In this document: positions 48,644-58,753 of the stretch, one piece after another
Layout of the letters: every line of letters begins with the position of its first letter
How positions within the stretch are numbered: position 1 is the stretch's first letter
Assembly (NCBI GenBank): GCA_964015055.1
Contig: CAXHBG010000001.1
Span: 730 to 64,729 of the forward strand
DNA length: 64,000 bases
Direction: 5' to 3'
From: an uncultured Thermoplasmata archaeon
GTDB lineage: Archaea; Thermoplasmatota; Poseidoniia; MGIII; CG-Epi1
Translations under genes and position numbers: made by a program
The notes under the pieces: generated by a model
What the model was told of the DNA's origin: nothing
The model's input: the letters and a program-made list of their open reading frames with translations, nothing else
Database searches by the model: none

Positions 48644-49069
48644 TTATTCTATAGGGTCGTGGAGCTTTCCTATCAATGGCCATCCGTGCCATAATAATCG
48701 TTCGTCAAGTTCGATTAATATTTTGTAAATTTCATCGTATCCTTCAACAACGTGCTCAATTAAACATGGCTTACAGTCATCGCTCAACCATCTTTCTAAT
48801 AAATCCGGATTACCTACTTCAATTATCTTTGCGATGTCGCTCATTTCGCTTAGTCGAGTATGTAAATGGTCGAGAAAAATTTCAGAATTTTTTAGCGCCA
48901 TTGTCAAATGTAAGAATCTTAACTTTTCATCCTCAACTATTTGAGTAAGGTCTTTGTTTTCAGGCGCTCCTTCTGCTACAAGCATCTCCAATAATTTTTT
49001 CTCTCCAAAAATCTTGTTTGCAGTTTGCAATAAAAATTCCAGACTTTCCTTTTTCTTATCCCTATTCAT
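48644..49069 (-). CDS. hypothetical protein, probably helical, co-operonic with a small GTPase
   Basis: ORF only. The start overlaps the GTPase gene stop by 8 nt. Confidence 0.4.
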   Translation of the reverse strand: MNRDKKKESLEFLLQTANKIFGEKKLLEMLVAEGAPENKDLTQIVEDEKLRFLHLTMALKNSEIFLDHLHTRLSEMSDIAKIIEVGNPDLLERWLSDDCKPCLIEHVVEGYDEIYKILIELDERLLWHGWPLIGKLHDPIE

Positions 49070-49541
49070 AATTACTATTAAGGTAATCTAAGACTGCCCT
49101 AATATCCTTTTTTGATGCTAATGCAGTTTCTTCGTTAATAATTTTCCCAATACCTATGCAGAAAATTTCATTATCGTTATAAGTGCTCCACGGTTCACTT
49201 ATTTTTTTAGTTCGATTTAGTATAATTATTTTTTTTGTATTTGGTGTATTCTTTTCTAAATAATCCCATAATTCAATGAAGTTAGTATCAGGTTTTTCCT
49301 TACCATTAGCAACAACAACTTGTATGTCAGCAACCTTAAGCCAATTAATCCAAACATTACCAGTAGCTGTTGGAGCATCTATTTCGTAAAACATCAGGTT
49401 TTTCAGGCTACAGGCATAATCTAGTAGCATATCAGGTACGTTTTTTGGAATTGTAAAGTCATTCCAAGGTTTTGGTAAACTTCTCATAAATGTAGATTTA
49501 CCAGCACCCATTGGTCCTGTTACCATCACATATTTTCTCAT
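49062..49541 (-). CDS. small P-loop GTPase-like protein (Ras-like fold candidate)
   Basis: GPMGAGKST is the P-loop. EIDAPTATG is a G3-like motif. ILNRTK is a G4-like motif. The protein is 159 aa. Confidence 0.55.
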   Translation of the reverse strand: MRKYVMVTGPMGAGKSTFMRSLPKPWNDFTIPKNVPDMLLDYACSLKNLMFYEIDAPTATGNVWINWLKVADIQVVVANGKEKPDTNFIELWDYLEKNTPNTKKIIILNRTKKISEPWSTYNDNEIFCIGIGKIINEETALASKKDIRAVLDYLNSNYE

Positions 49542-50263
49542 GCTTCCTCAATACTCCACGTTCTAACTTCTACACCTTTACTAATATGAACTAAATCAGG
49601 CTTTAATACATTAGTTATTCCAAGTTCATAAAATTCAGTCAGTGTATTCATTTCCAGGTTAGCTGTAGCATCCTGAAACTCCCATTTTTCATGACAAGTA
49701 TATGCTATGTGTGTTTTATTTTTATATGTAACATAAAGGCAATATCTTTCAAACAAAAATTCTTCGAGACTGCCTCTCTTAGCTTTTCTAAGATTCCCGT
49801 TAGGCTTTGAACTTCCTTTGATTCCTATTCCGTTACTTTTTCTTTTAGATTTCCATGTAAATCCACCTTCATAATTGTCTTTTACATCTCCATCAGCATA
49901 AACATATGGTAATCCGTAAGCCCATGGCGCATACATGCTTGTTATTCGACTTTTTGCATCTAATGTGAGAAACAAAACCCCAGAAATTCCGTTTTTTACT
50001 ACGTAAGTTCTGATGTTAAATTCTGCGAAATTTGAAATCAAAGGTATAGATGGCAAATATTTAGGTCTCACTTTTTCCATTCTAAATGGAATTGTTCCAA
50101 CATAGGTTTTTCCATCGTAGCGCTCAAGTTCTAAGTCTTCAGGAATATATTTCTTCAATAAATCGTGCTCAACTTCCCAATGCATGAATGTTAGATTAAC
50201 CCAATTTTGATTTAGGGACCAACTACGAGATGGCATGTTGAAAGGTAAGTGTTCAGTATTCAC
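49538..50263 (-). CDS. conserved protein resembling the DUF2071 (YqjF-like) family
   Basis: WVNLTFMHWEV, GTIPFRMEKVRPKYLPSIP, FAEFNIRTYV, GVLFLTLDA and YGLPY match the pattern I recall for this family. Confidence 0.45.
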   Translation of the reverse strand: MNTEHLPFNMPSRSWSLNQNWVNLTFMHWEVEHDLLKKYIPEDLELERYDGKTYVGTIPFRMEKVRPKYLPSIPLISNFAEFNIRTYVVKNGISGVLFLTLDAKSRITSMYAPWAYGLPYVYADGDVKDNYEGGFTWKSKRKSNGIGIKGSSKPNGNLRKAKRGSLEEFLFERYCLYVTYKNKTHIAYTCHEKWEFQDATANLEMNTLTEFYELGITNVLKPDLVHISKGVEVRTWSIEEA

Positions 50264-50949
50264 CGTTTACCTTCTTTGATTGCTTTGAATATACCCATTA
50301 AGTTTTCATATTCCCCAATGTTTGGATTTCCACGAGAGACAAGTCTTCGTAGTGTTGTCTTTGAGCGATCGAGTCGTCTTTCTGGATAACTGCTGTTCTC
50401 TAGTAATTCCATTATCCTGTCTACCAATCTCTCAAATTCTTCCTGAGAAACAGATTTTTGTTTTTTCAAACGTTTTACTTTTTCACTTCTTTTAATTTCA
50501 TAAAGAACAATTGCAACTGCGTGGGATAAATTTAGAATTGGATACTCAGAGTTAGTAGGAATTGTTATTGTAGCTTCACAAAGAGCTAACTCTTCTCTGT
50601 AGAGGCCATGGTTTTCTCTGCCGAAAAGTAAAGCAGGATTTTCTCTTTCAGCGATAATTTCGTTTATTTTTTTAACATCTTGAGGAGCTCTAAACCATCT
50701 TTTGTCTCCCTCGGGTCTGATTCCACTAGTACCGATAGTGATATCACATTCAGCAATGGCTTCCTCAATTGTCTCAAATCTTTTCGAATTCTCAAGAATA
50801 GGCCTTCCAGATTTAGACCTTGCGTAGCTTTCATCAGCTAAACCGCACCCTTTTACCATTGCTAAATCTTTCAACCCGAAATTAGCCATAGCTCTTGCAA
50901 CTGCACCTATGTTTCCTGGATGTTGTGGCTCGACTAGTACGACTCTCAA
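50260..50949 (-). CDS. SpoU/TrmH-family RNA 2'-O-methyltransferase (TrmJ-like)
   Basis: RVVLVEPQHPGNIGAVARA and ALLFGRENHGL, with a C-terminal helical extension, fit a SPOUT fold. Confidence 0.75.
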   Translation of the reverse strand: MRVVLVEPQHPGNIGAVARAMANFGLKDLAMVKGCGLADESYARSKSGRPILENSKRFETIEEAIAECDITIGTSGIRPEGDKRWFRAPQDVKKINEIIAERENPALLFGRENHGLYREELALCEATITIPTNSEYPILNLSHAVAIVLYEIKRSEKVKRLKKQKSVSQEEFERLVDRIMELLENSSYPERRLDRSKTTLRRLVSRGNPNIGEYENLMGIFKAIKEGKR

Positions 50950-51024
50950 GAATGGTCAAAGAAGTACTTTTAGATAACTTGTGTTGTGAAATGATTAATA
51001 TCAGGTTTCATTAAGTATATTGCA

Positions 51025-52143
51025 ATGATTGAAATTTACATTATTTTGAGTTTGGTGATTGGCATTGGAATAGGTTATTTTTTAGCAAGCCAAAATAGCT
51101 CTACGAACGATGAGGACATTGATTCTATCAAGAAAGAAATGGAAAATACTTTCAAGGCTTTGGCTCTTGACGTCAACAGATCTAATACTGAAGAATTTTT
51201 CAAATTAGCGAATGACAAATTTCAAGGACTCAGCAAGGAATCAGATAAAAATTTAGAAACTAAAAAGAAATTAATTGATGAAAATCTAAATGAAATGTCA
51301 AAAAGACTCAAATCCATTGAAGATGCATCTATTAAGTTAAATGAAAATTTAGAATCAACCAATAGTCAAACTAAAGATTTAACGGAAACAACAATTAAGT
51401 TGAGAGAAATTCTATCATCCTCTCAGAAAAGAGGTCAGTGGGGTGAGCGTATTGTAGAGGATATCCTAAATGTGATTGGCCTCATGGAAGGTGTGAATTA
51501 TACAAAGCAAGGAGTTGTAGAATCTGGTGAACGTCCAGATTTTACTTTTATTCTTCCCAAAGAAAAAGTAATCAATATGGACGTTAAATTTCCTCTTGCC
51601 CATTACGAGAGGTATATAGATTCTGATGATGAACATATTCGTGGATCAGAGAAGGCAGCATTTTTGAAAGATGTTAAGAAACATGTAAGAGATATTACTA
51701 AGCGAAGCTATATCGATCCATCTTCTGGGACGCTTGATTATGTTCTAATGCTTGTTCCTAATGAGTCAATTTATTCATTTATTAATAAAGAAGATAGTGC
51801 AGTAATTGATTTTGCTCTTGAAAATAAAGTTCTACTTTGCTCACCATTAACGCTCTATGCAATTCTTTCTCTAATTCATCAGGCCACTCGTAATTTTGCA
51901 ATGGAGGAGAAGGCTACTGAAGTTATGAATTTACTTAATGCATTTAGACTTCAATGGTCAAAATATGTCGAAGCAATGGATAAAATGGGTAGAAGAATTG
52001 ATGATGCCAAAAGAGAATTTAGCAATTTAGTCACAACTCGTACCAATCAACTTCAGAAGCCTCTTGATAAAATAGATAATATCACCAATTTAGTAGAAGA
52101 TTCAGAAAAGGCGAATAGATTAGAAGGGCAACAACGTTTCTAA
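51025..52143 (+). CDS. rmuC: DNA recombination protein RmuC family
   Basis: An N-terminal TM helix is followed by coiled coils. RGQWGERIVEDIL...ERPDFTFILP...DVKFPLAHY is the RmuC core. Confidence 0.75.
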   Translation: MIEIYIILSLVIGIGIGYFLASQNSSTNDEDIDSIKKEMENTFKALALDVNRSNTEEFFKLANDKFQGLSKESDKNLETKKKLIDENLNEMSKRLKSIEDASIKLNENLESTNSQTKDLTETTIKLREILSSSQKRGQWGERIVEDILNVIGLMEGVNYTKQGVVESGERPDFTFILPKEKVINMDVKFPLAHYERYIDSDDEHIRGSEKAAFLKDVKKHVRDITKRSYIDPSSGTLDYVLMLVPNESIYSFINKEDSAVIDFALENKVLLCSPLTLYAILSLIHQATRNFAMEEKATEVMNLLNAFRLQWSKYVEAMDKMGRRIDDAKREFSNLVTTRTNQLQKPLDKIDNITNLVEDSEKANRLEGQQRF

Positions 52144-53555
52144 AGATCTTTCATTGATGAAACTAGTTCAGTCATCATTTGCTTTCCATCACCAAATAGC
52201 ATCATAGTTTTATCTTCATAGAATAAATCGTTGTCTACTCCTGCGTATCCAACAGATAAAGATCGTTTTACAATTACTACTACACCAGCTTTATCGGCGT
52301 CTATAATTGGCATTCCAGCGAGAGGCCCTTCTCCACTTCTTGCTGCAGGGTTAACAGTATCATTTGCCCCAACAACTAAAGCAACATCACATTCTCCCAT
52401 TTCTGAGTTAATGTCGTCCATTTCGATTAGCTTTTCATAAGGAACACTAGCCTCTGCTAGCAATACATTCATGTGACCAGGCATTCTACCAGCTACAGGA
52501 TGTATTCCATATTTCACTTCGCAGCCATTTGCTTCTAAGATTTCAGCAAATTCTCTAACTTGATGTTGACATTGTGATACTGCCATTCCGTATCCTGGAA
52601 TTATAACACATTTTGATATGCCATCACAAACCATGGCTACCTCTTCAGGGTCAGAGCCTACTTTAGTTCTTGTTACCTGCTCTTTGTCGGACCCGCCAAA
52701 AGATTTGAACAATACATCAATTAATTCTCGGTTCATTGCCTTACACATTATGTTTGTTAGGATTAAGCCAGCTGCACCTACCATTGATCCTGCAATGATT
52801 AATACATTATTTCCGATTATGAAGCCAGTAAATGCTGCTGCAATACCTGAGAGGGAATTTAGAAGACTTACAACGACAGGCATATCAGCTCCCCCGATAG
52901 GGAGAACAAACAATATTCCGAGAATGGAAGATAATACAATGATTGCTACAACATAATCTTGATTTCCAGGTTCTTCGATTGTCATGTAAAGCAACCCTAC
53001 TATTGAAATTAGTAAAAGTCCTTTTACATAATTCAACCATTCTGGCCCCCAGGTTGGAGTTCTATACCAGGTACCAAATAATTCAATTCCTCCTTTCAAT
53101 TTCATCATGGCTAATAAACTTCCACTGAGAGTAACCCAGCCGACTAACGCAGAAAGCCCAATTGCAGTCCATGCAACATGTAATTCCAACCCACTTGGAA
53201 GGTCGTTTTCGTTAATTCTTCTAAATACTTCAGAAGCAGCCACGAGAGCGCTAGCAGCACCTCCGAAGCCATTGAAGAGTGCAACCATTTCGGGCATTCC
53301 AGTCATCTGTACTCTTACAGCCATTAAGTATCCGATAGAAGCACCAATAGCTAATCCAGCTCCAATTAGGATGAAATTATTTATTTCACCAAAATCCATT
53401 TGAGCGATTGTAACAATTACAGCAACCAGCATACCCATTGAGCCGTACAAGTTCCCTGTTGGAGCAGTACGAGGATGACCTAGTTTCTTTAATCCTAAAA
53501 TAAATAATATTGAAGCGAACAAATATCCAATATCCCATACAGCTTCGTCCATCAT
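52140..53555 (-). CDS. pntB: NAD(P) transhydrogenase subunit beta
   Basis: The N-terminal membrane domain is followed by a C-terminal dIII NADP-binding domain, with VIIPGYGMAV and GANDTVNPAA. Confidence 0.9.
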   Translation of the reverse strand: MMDEAVWDIGYLFASILFILGLKKLGHPRTAPTGNLYGSMGMLVAVIVTIAQMDFGEINNFILIGAGLAIGASIGYLMAVRVQMTGMPEMVALFNGFGGAASALVAASEVFRRINENDLPSGLELHVAWTAIGLSALVGWVTLSGSLLAMMKLKGGIELFGTWYRTPTWGPEWLNYVKGLLLISIVGLLYMTIEEPGNQDYVVAIIVLSSILGILFVLPIGGADMPVVVSLLNSLSGIAAAFTGFIIGNNVLIIAGSMVGAAGLILTNIMCKAMNRELIDVLFKSFGGSDKEQVTRTKVGSDPEEVAMVCDGISKCVIIPGYGMAVSQCQHQVREFAEILEANGCEVKYGIHPVAGRMPGHMNVLLAEASVPYEKLIEMDDINSEMGECDVALVVGANDTVNPAARSGEGPLAGMPIIDADKAGVVVIVKRSLSVGYAGVDNDLFYEDKTMMLFGDGKQMMTELVSSMKDL

Positions 53556-53860
53556 TTACCTCCTCTTTTACCTGCAATCATATTCAACATTCTATTTGTC
53601 ACAGCAAACCCTCCAACTACGTTAATTGTAGCTAAGATTAGGGCGAAAAAAGCAAGCCAAGCTGCAAAGCCTGGGTCTCCTCCGTTAAAGTCGGTGTTTG
53701 AGAAAATTAATGCACCTACTATTGTAATTCCAGATATAGCATTAGCCCCAGACATAAGAGGAGTATGAAGCGTAGGAGGTACTTTTGTGATTAGTTCAAA
53801 TCCTAAAAAAATAGCCAATATGAAAACAGTTACAGCTCCAATTAGAGTGATTAATTCCAT
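53552..53860 (-). CDS. pntAB: NAD(P) transhydrogenase subunit alpha, membrane part (alpha2)
   Basis: The 102-aa protein has three TM helices and sits between pntAA and pntB. Confidence 0.8.
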   Translation of the reverse strand: MELITLIGAVTVFILAIFLGFELITKVPPTLHTPLMSGANAISGITIVGALIFSNTDFNGGDPGFAAWLAFFALILATINVVGGFAVTNRMLNMIAGKRGGK

Positions 53861-55032
53861 TACTTCATAGCCTCCATTAGTTTAGAATGATTATCATGCA
53901 CTTTTCCATTTTCAGCAATTAAAATTCCACCATATCCTGCTGAAATACCACCTTCATCTCCGGTGAGTACTTGTTCTTCTTGATTTATAGCCAACTTACC
54001 TTCGTCAACTAAAACAGTTACAAAATTGGTAACGTTGTTTGAATAAAGCATCGATGCAGTATTTGGAACTGTTCTACACAGCATAGGTATTCCTATAATT
54101 GTTATTCCATCTTTTTTAATTATTTCTCCTTCTTTACTTCCAGCAATATTGCCACCAGTATCTGTATTCATGTCAACAATTACAGAACCTTCTTTCATTT
54201 CTTTTGTCATCTTATCATTGTTTTCCTTACTGAAGAATAGTTTAGGTGCATCTGCACCGAATAATCTAGCAGTAGTGATTACAACATCAGCGTCTTTTAC
54301 AGCATCCATTAATGCATTATCAAATGCTTCTTGAAGTCCCTTATCCGTAAAGAGAGATGCATGTCCACTTGAGCTTTCAGCATCCTTCCAGCCGGGTACT
54401 TCGATAAATTTAGCACCTAAACTTTCAGTATCTTGCTTAGCAGCTAATCTAACATCTATAGCTTGCACTGCAGCTCCTAATCTCTTTGCAGTTGCTATTG
54501 CTTGAAGGCCAGCAACAGCAGCCCCTTGAATTATGAACTTTGCAGGCCTTACAGTTCCAGCAGATGTCATCATCATAGGAACCATTTTTGCAATATTTTG
54601 AGATCCCATCAAAGCTGCTTTGTAGCCAGATAAGTTATCTTGACTAGAGTTAACATCCATAGACTGTCCTTTTGATAATCTTCTTGGAATAACTTCTAAA
54701 GACAATAGAGTAATACCTGCATTAACTATTTCTTTTGTTTGTTCTAAATTTCTAAATGGATCAGCTATACATGCTAGCATCTGACCTTTTTTCATATCTT
54801 TGAAGTTTGGAACATCAATCGATGCAATTAAGTCACATTTCATTATTTCATCAAATGATTTGGTTTTTGCACCTTTTTCTTCATATTCAGCATCAGAGTA
54901 TCCTGATTTTTCTCCAGCACCTTTTTCAATTAATACTTCAAAACCTAGTTTCATTAATTTAGGTATTGAAACAGGTACAATAGCTACACGAGTTTCTTTC
55001 TCGTTATCCTCTTTGGGTATTCCTATACGCAT
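53860..55032 (-). CDS. pntAA: NAD(P) transhydrogenase subunit alpha, NAD(H)-binding part (alpha1)
   Basis: The alanine-dehydrogenase-like fold has GAAVAGLQAIATAKRLGA as its Rossmann motif. Confidence 0.85.
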   Translation of the reverse strand: MRIGIPKEDNEKETRVAIVPVSIPKLMKLGFEVLIEKGAGEKSGYSDAEYEEKGAKTKSFDEIMKCDLIASIDVPNFKDMKKGQMLACIADPFRNLEQTKEIVNAGITLLSLEVIPRRLSKGQSMDVNSSQDNLSGYKAALMGSQNIAKMVPMMMTSAGTVRPAKFIIQGAAVAGLQAIATAKRLGAAVQAIDVRLAAKQDTESLGAKFIEVPGWKDAESSSGHASLFTDKGLQEAFDNALMDAVKDADVVITTARLFGADAPKLFFSKENNDKMTKEMKEGSVIVDMNTDTGGNIAGSKEGEIIKKDGITIIGIPMLCRTVPNTASMLYSNNVTNFVTVLVDEGKLAINQEEQVLTGDEGGISAGYGGILIAENGKVHDNHSKLMEAMK

Positions 55033-55111
55033 TATTTAGCACCGATAATTTGTGTGTTGACTAAAATAGTCTGTAAAGCATCTTACAAACATACTCATAA
55101 AACTTTTCCTA

Positions 55112-56281
55112 TTACTTTCCAATTTCACGAGCAATTACTAATCTTTGAACTTCTTGAGTTCCTTCATAAATTTGGGTGATTTTTGCATCACGGAAAAATC
55201 TTTCTACTGGGAAATCCTTTGTGTATCCGTATCCGCCTAATACCTGTACAGCTCTTTCTGAAACCCACATTGCAGTATCACCTGCACTTAGCTTTGCAAT
55301 TGAAGCTTCAAGTGTATGGCGCGATGATCCATTTTCATAATGTTCTTGTTTAGCCCATGCAGCTTTGTAAACTTGTAATCTTGCAGCATCAATTCTAACA
55401 GCCATATCTGCCAGATAATTACTTATTGATTGGTGAGCAGCTATTGGTTTACCGAAAGTTTCTCGTTCTTTTGAATATTTCAGTGCAGCTTCGTATGCTC
55501 CTTGTGCAATACCAAGTCCCTGAGCAGCTATACCTATTCTTGAATTGTCTAACGCATTCATTGCAATTGGAAATCCTTTGCCTACATCTCCAAGAACGTT
55601 AGCTTTTGGTACTTTACATTCATTTAAAATTAATGTGCATGTATCACTTGAACGGATTCCCAGTTTGTCTTCTTTCTTTCCAATTTCAAATCCTTCAAAC
55701 CCTTTTTCAACTATAAAACAAGTTACTCCCCCGTGGCTCTTTTTACCATAATCAGGGTGATTAGTTACTTTAGCAAATAGAACGAAGAGATCTGCAGTTG
55801 TTCCGTTTGTAACCCACATTTTTTCACCATTCAAAGTATAGTGCTCACCATCATCTGTAGCCCTTGCAACCATTGCAGCAGCATCTGTACCTGAACCGGC
55901 CTCACTCAAGGAATATGCACCCAAGAATTCTCCAGAGGCTAATTTCGGTAAATATTTTTCTTTTTGCTCTTCATTTCCACTCAGTGCTATTGTCATCGAG
56001 CAAAGTCCGACATGGACTGCTATCATGACTCCTAAAGATGGATCGACTCTTGACAATTCTTCGATAACAATTGCCTCCGAAATATCATCTAATTTCTGAC
56101 CACCGTATTTTTCAGGTATGGTCATTCCTGCAAATCCTAGTTCTGCGAATTTTTTGAATTCCTCAATAGGTGCAATTTGTTCTTTATCTCTCTTGTTGCA
56201 AGTAGGCCCAGCAACATCTTCAGCAAATTCACGTACCATTTCGCGAATCATTTTTTGGTCATCAGTTTCTGCAAAATCCAT
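55112..56281 (-). CDS. acyl-CoA dehydrogenase
   Basis: YSLSEAGSGTDAA, GEKMWVTNG and a C-terminal QVLGGYGY give the ACAD three-domain pattern. Confidence 0.85.
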   Translation of the reverse strand: MDFAETDDQKMIREMVREFAEDVAGPTCNKRDKEQIAPIEEFKKFAELGFAGMTIPEKYGGQKLDDISEAIVIEELSRVDPSLGVMIAVHVGLCSMTIALSGNEEQKEKYLPKLASGEFLGAYSLSEAGSGTDAAAMVARATDDGEHYTLNGEKMWVTNGTTADLFVLFAKVTNHPDYGKKSHGGVTCFIVEKGFEGFEIGKKEDKLGIRSSDTCTLILNECKVPKANVLGDVGKGFPIAMNALDNSRIGIAAQGLGIAQGAYEAALKYSKERETFGKPIAAHQSISNYLADMAVRIDAARLQVYKAAWAKQEHYENGSSRHTLEASIAKLSAGDTAMWVSERAVQVLGGYGYTKDFPVERFFRDAKITQIYEGTQEVQRLVIAREIGK

Positions 56282-56284
56282 TTT

Positions 56285-56644
56285 TTACTCACTCATTAGT
56301 TTAATAATAGCTTCAGCAGGCTCTCCATTGCATTCTTCCAAAGCCTCTTTTGCTTTTTCAGGAGAAACGCCGGCTTGTGTCGCTACTAAATCTATGTCCT
56401 CTTGGGGGATATTTGTAGTTTCCTCACTACTGCCTAGAGCGCGTTCTTCAGGCTCACCTACAATCTGGTATGATTGTTGCCCCATCATATTCATTGCACT
56501 TACAGAAGGGTTGCTAAAGTACAATTCTTTATCTTTTGTTCGTATAATTACTTCAGTAGCATCGATTTCCTCTGTAGCACTTTGTAATTGTTTTTGCAAT
56601 TTTTTCATCATGCGGGGATTCATACGCCCCATTCCTGGCATCAT
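56285..56644 (-). CDS. nac: nascent polypeptide-associated complex protein (NAC-alpha homologue)
   Basis: The 119-aa protein has a central NAC domain and a C-terminal UBA-like EKAKEALEECNGEPAEAII. Confidence 0.7.
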   Translation of the reverse strand: MMPGMGRMNPRMMKKLQKQLQSATEEIDATEVIIRTKDKELYFSNPSVSAMNMMGQQSYQIVGEPEERALGSSEETTNIPQEDIDLVATQAGVSPEKAKEALEECNGEPAEAIIKLMSE

Positions 56645-56675
56645 ATGATACTTACAAGCTCCCCTCTAAAAGAAT

Positions 56676-57698
56676 TTATGTCATCTTATACCTAAGAATA
56701 ACAGCTGTTCCTCCTAGTCCAATGAGCATTTCACCACCATGGTGGTGAGATGAAATTTCTATCACATCAGTACGATTTTGTTGAGCTAATTCTAATAGTT
56801 CTAAACCCTCTCTTTCCTTAGTTTTTTCGGATATTAGTAGAATACTATCTGCAGCCCCACTCTCTACAGCATTCCTAACTTCATTTTTACCGTAAGTACC
56901 CATTTCTTTTGCTATAGCTTCTTTCAGTCTCTCTACAGCTGCCATCTCTTCTTGGATTTTTATCTGGGCGACTGCGTTAGGTAAATCGCCTCTGCCTATT
57001 GCTTCATGGATGCCAGCCATTCCTCCTTGACCGGAGTTTTCAATTACGCAACCCTTGAATATTTCACGCGCTCTAGATTTACCAACTTCAGCAAAATCTT
57101 CTTTTAAAAATCCAGGTCCTATTACGACTATTACAGAATCCTTAATGTGAACTTTTACTATTTGCCTTACAGCTCTTTTGTAAAAATCATTAAGTTCTTC
57201 TCCGCCAGTTGATTTTCCACTGCCTTCTCGGCTAAGTGTTTTTAGTTCTCTTATGCCATACGTTCTTAATTCAGCAATTACGATCGAATCACTTTCAACA
57301 GCAATTGCTGTCGCAGTTACAATTGGTTCAGCAGCCTTTCTTAGTCTTTTTTTGTGGTGATTTAGCCAAACTTCCTTTCTAACATCAAACGAATCGCCAG
57401 GTTCTAAGATTAAAGTGTGATGCAGTCCCTGATTATTTTCACCTAAGGAGATAATGCCATGACATCTAAAGCGTTGCCCAAATGATTGATATTCAAGGTT
57501 CTTAACATCAATAGTGAGTTTCATCTTTTGTTTTTTACCTCTCTCTTTTTTGAGTCTATCAGATTGTGAGGATTCACGCCTTTCAGTCAGAGCCCTAACT
57601 TGATCTCCCTCATTAAGTAATAAGTTCAAATGATACAAATCATCTTCATTTTCTAAACGAATTTGGTAAACGTTATTATCACGTTTATTATATTTCAA
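56676..57698 (-). CDS. pelA: pelota (Dom34) mRNA surveillance/ribosome rescue factor
   Basis: The N-terminal Sm-like domain is followed by central and eRF1-like C-terminal domains. The protein is 340 aa and lies next to TFB. Confidence 0.8.
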   Translation of the reverse strand: MKYNKRDNNVYQIRLENEDDLYHLNLLLNEGDQVRALTERRESSQSDRLKKERGKKQKMKLTIDVKNLEYQSFGQRFRCHGIISLGENNQGLHHTLILEPGDSFDVRKEVWLNHHKKRLRKAAEPIVTATAIAVESDSIVIAELRTYGIRELKTLSREGSGKSTGGEELNDFYKRAVRQIVKVHIKDSVIVVIGPGFLKEDFAEVGKSRAREIFKGCVIENSGQGGMAGIHEAIGRGDLPNAVAQIKIQEEMAAVERLKEAIAKEMGTYGKNEVRNAVESGAADSILLISEKTKEREGLELLELAQQNRTDVIEISSHHHGGEMLIGLGGTAVILRYKMT

Positions 57699-57705
57699 AA
57701 TAACC

Positions 57706-58656
57706 TCACAAGTAGACTACAATATCCAAATTTTTAGCTAATTCTTTGTAACGATTTCTTATTGTTACTTCAGTGACGCCTACAGTATCAGCAATTGTCT
57801 TTTGGGTTTTTCTTTGGTCATGTACAACAGAAGCAATGTAAATGGCTGCAGCTGCAACTCCAGTAGGCCCTCTTCCAGACGTTAGTTCAGCAGCAATAGC
57901 TTGGTTTAGAATACTTATTGCAGTATTTTCAACATCGCCAGGTAGTTCTAATTCTCTACAAAAGCGAATTATGTAAACAGACGGAGATGCAGGCTGTAAA
58001 TTTAATTTTAATTCTCTAGAAATGTATCTGTAAGTTCTTCCAACTTCCTTTTTGGATGCTCTTGAAGCTTCTGTAATTTCAGTTAACGTTCTTGGGACCT
58101 CACATCGTCTACATGCACCGTAAAGTGCGGCGGCAGCAACGCCTTCAACAGATCTTCCTCTAACTAAGTTATCTTGTACAGCTCTTCTGTAAAGCATAGC
58201 AGCCTCCTCTCTGACTTGACGGTGTAATCCAATTTTTGAAGCCAATCTGTTAAGCTCATTAAGAGCTTGGGCCAAGTTTCTATCGGCAGAGTTTGATGCT
58301 CTAGTTCGATTCTGCCATTTCCTCATTCTGTAAACTTGTGCTCTATTTTTTGTAGGAACATTGTTTCCGTTAATATCTCGTCCACCCCAACCAATATCAG
58401 TTGAAAGGCCTTTATCGTGTACCATTACAGACATTGGAGCTCCACCTCTTGCTCTTCTTTCATTTTGTTCTGAATCAAAGGCTCTCCACTCAGGGCCTTG
58501 ATCAATTACTTGGTCATCAACAACAAGTCCACAATTCCTACAGGTAACTTCACCACGCTTGTAATCGCGCACAATATGTTCCGAGTCACATTCAGGACAT
58601 TCAGTTAATTCTTCAACATCAACTTCTTTGACATTTCCGGAAATATTCATATTCAT
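57706..58656 (-). CDS. tfb: transcription initiation factor IIB
   Basis: The N-terminal zinc ribbon is CPECDSEH...CRNCG, followed by the B-finger and two cyclin repeats. I set the start at MNMNISG, which leaves a ~97-bp divergent intergenic region instead of 19 bp. Confidence 0.9.
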   Translation of the reverse strand: MNMNISGNVKEVDVEELTECPECDSEHIVRDYKRGEVTCRNCGLVVDDQVIDQGPEWRAFDSEQNERRARGGAPMSVMVHDKGLSTDIGWGGRDINGNNVPTKNRAQVYRMRKWQNRTRASNSADRNLAQALNELNRLASKIGLHRQVREEAAMLYRRAVQDNLVRGRSVEGVAAAALYGACRRCEVPRTLTEITEASRASKKEVGRTYRYISRELKLNLQPASPSVYIIRFCRELELPGDVENTAISILNQAIAAELTSGRGPTGVAAAAIYIASVVHDQRKTQKTIADTVGVTEVTIRNRYKELAKNLDIVVYL

Positions 58657-58753
58657 ATTGGAAGAGAATTTTGTCAATATAAGCTTTGGGCCATTGCCTT
58701 TAAATTCCCCATTTTGAAAGAAGGTGGAACACAAAAGATAGACAACCTATTTT

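Noticed and set aside
56118-56648. 176-aa ORF antisense to the acyl-CoA dehydrogenase and NAC genes
   Set aside because: It overlaps two well-supported genes on the other strand and has low-complexity composition.
58657-58734. Long N-terminal extension of TFB starting [11 protein letters not shown]
   Set aside because: It would leave only 19 bp for two divergent promoters. TFB proteins begin close to the zinc ribbon, and the start at MNMNISG fits that.
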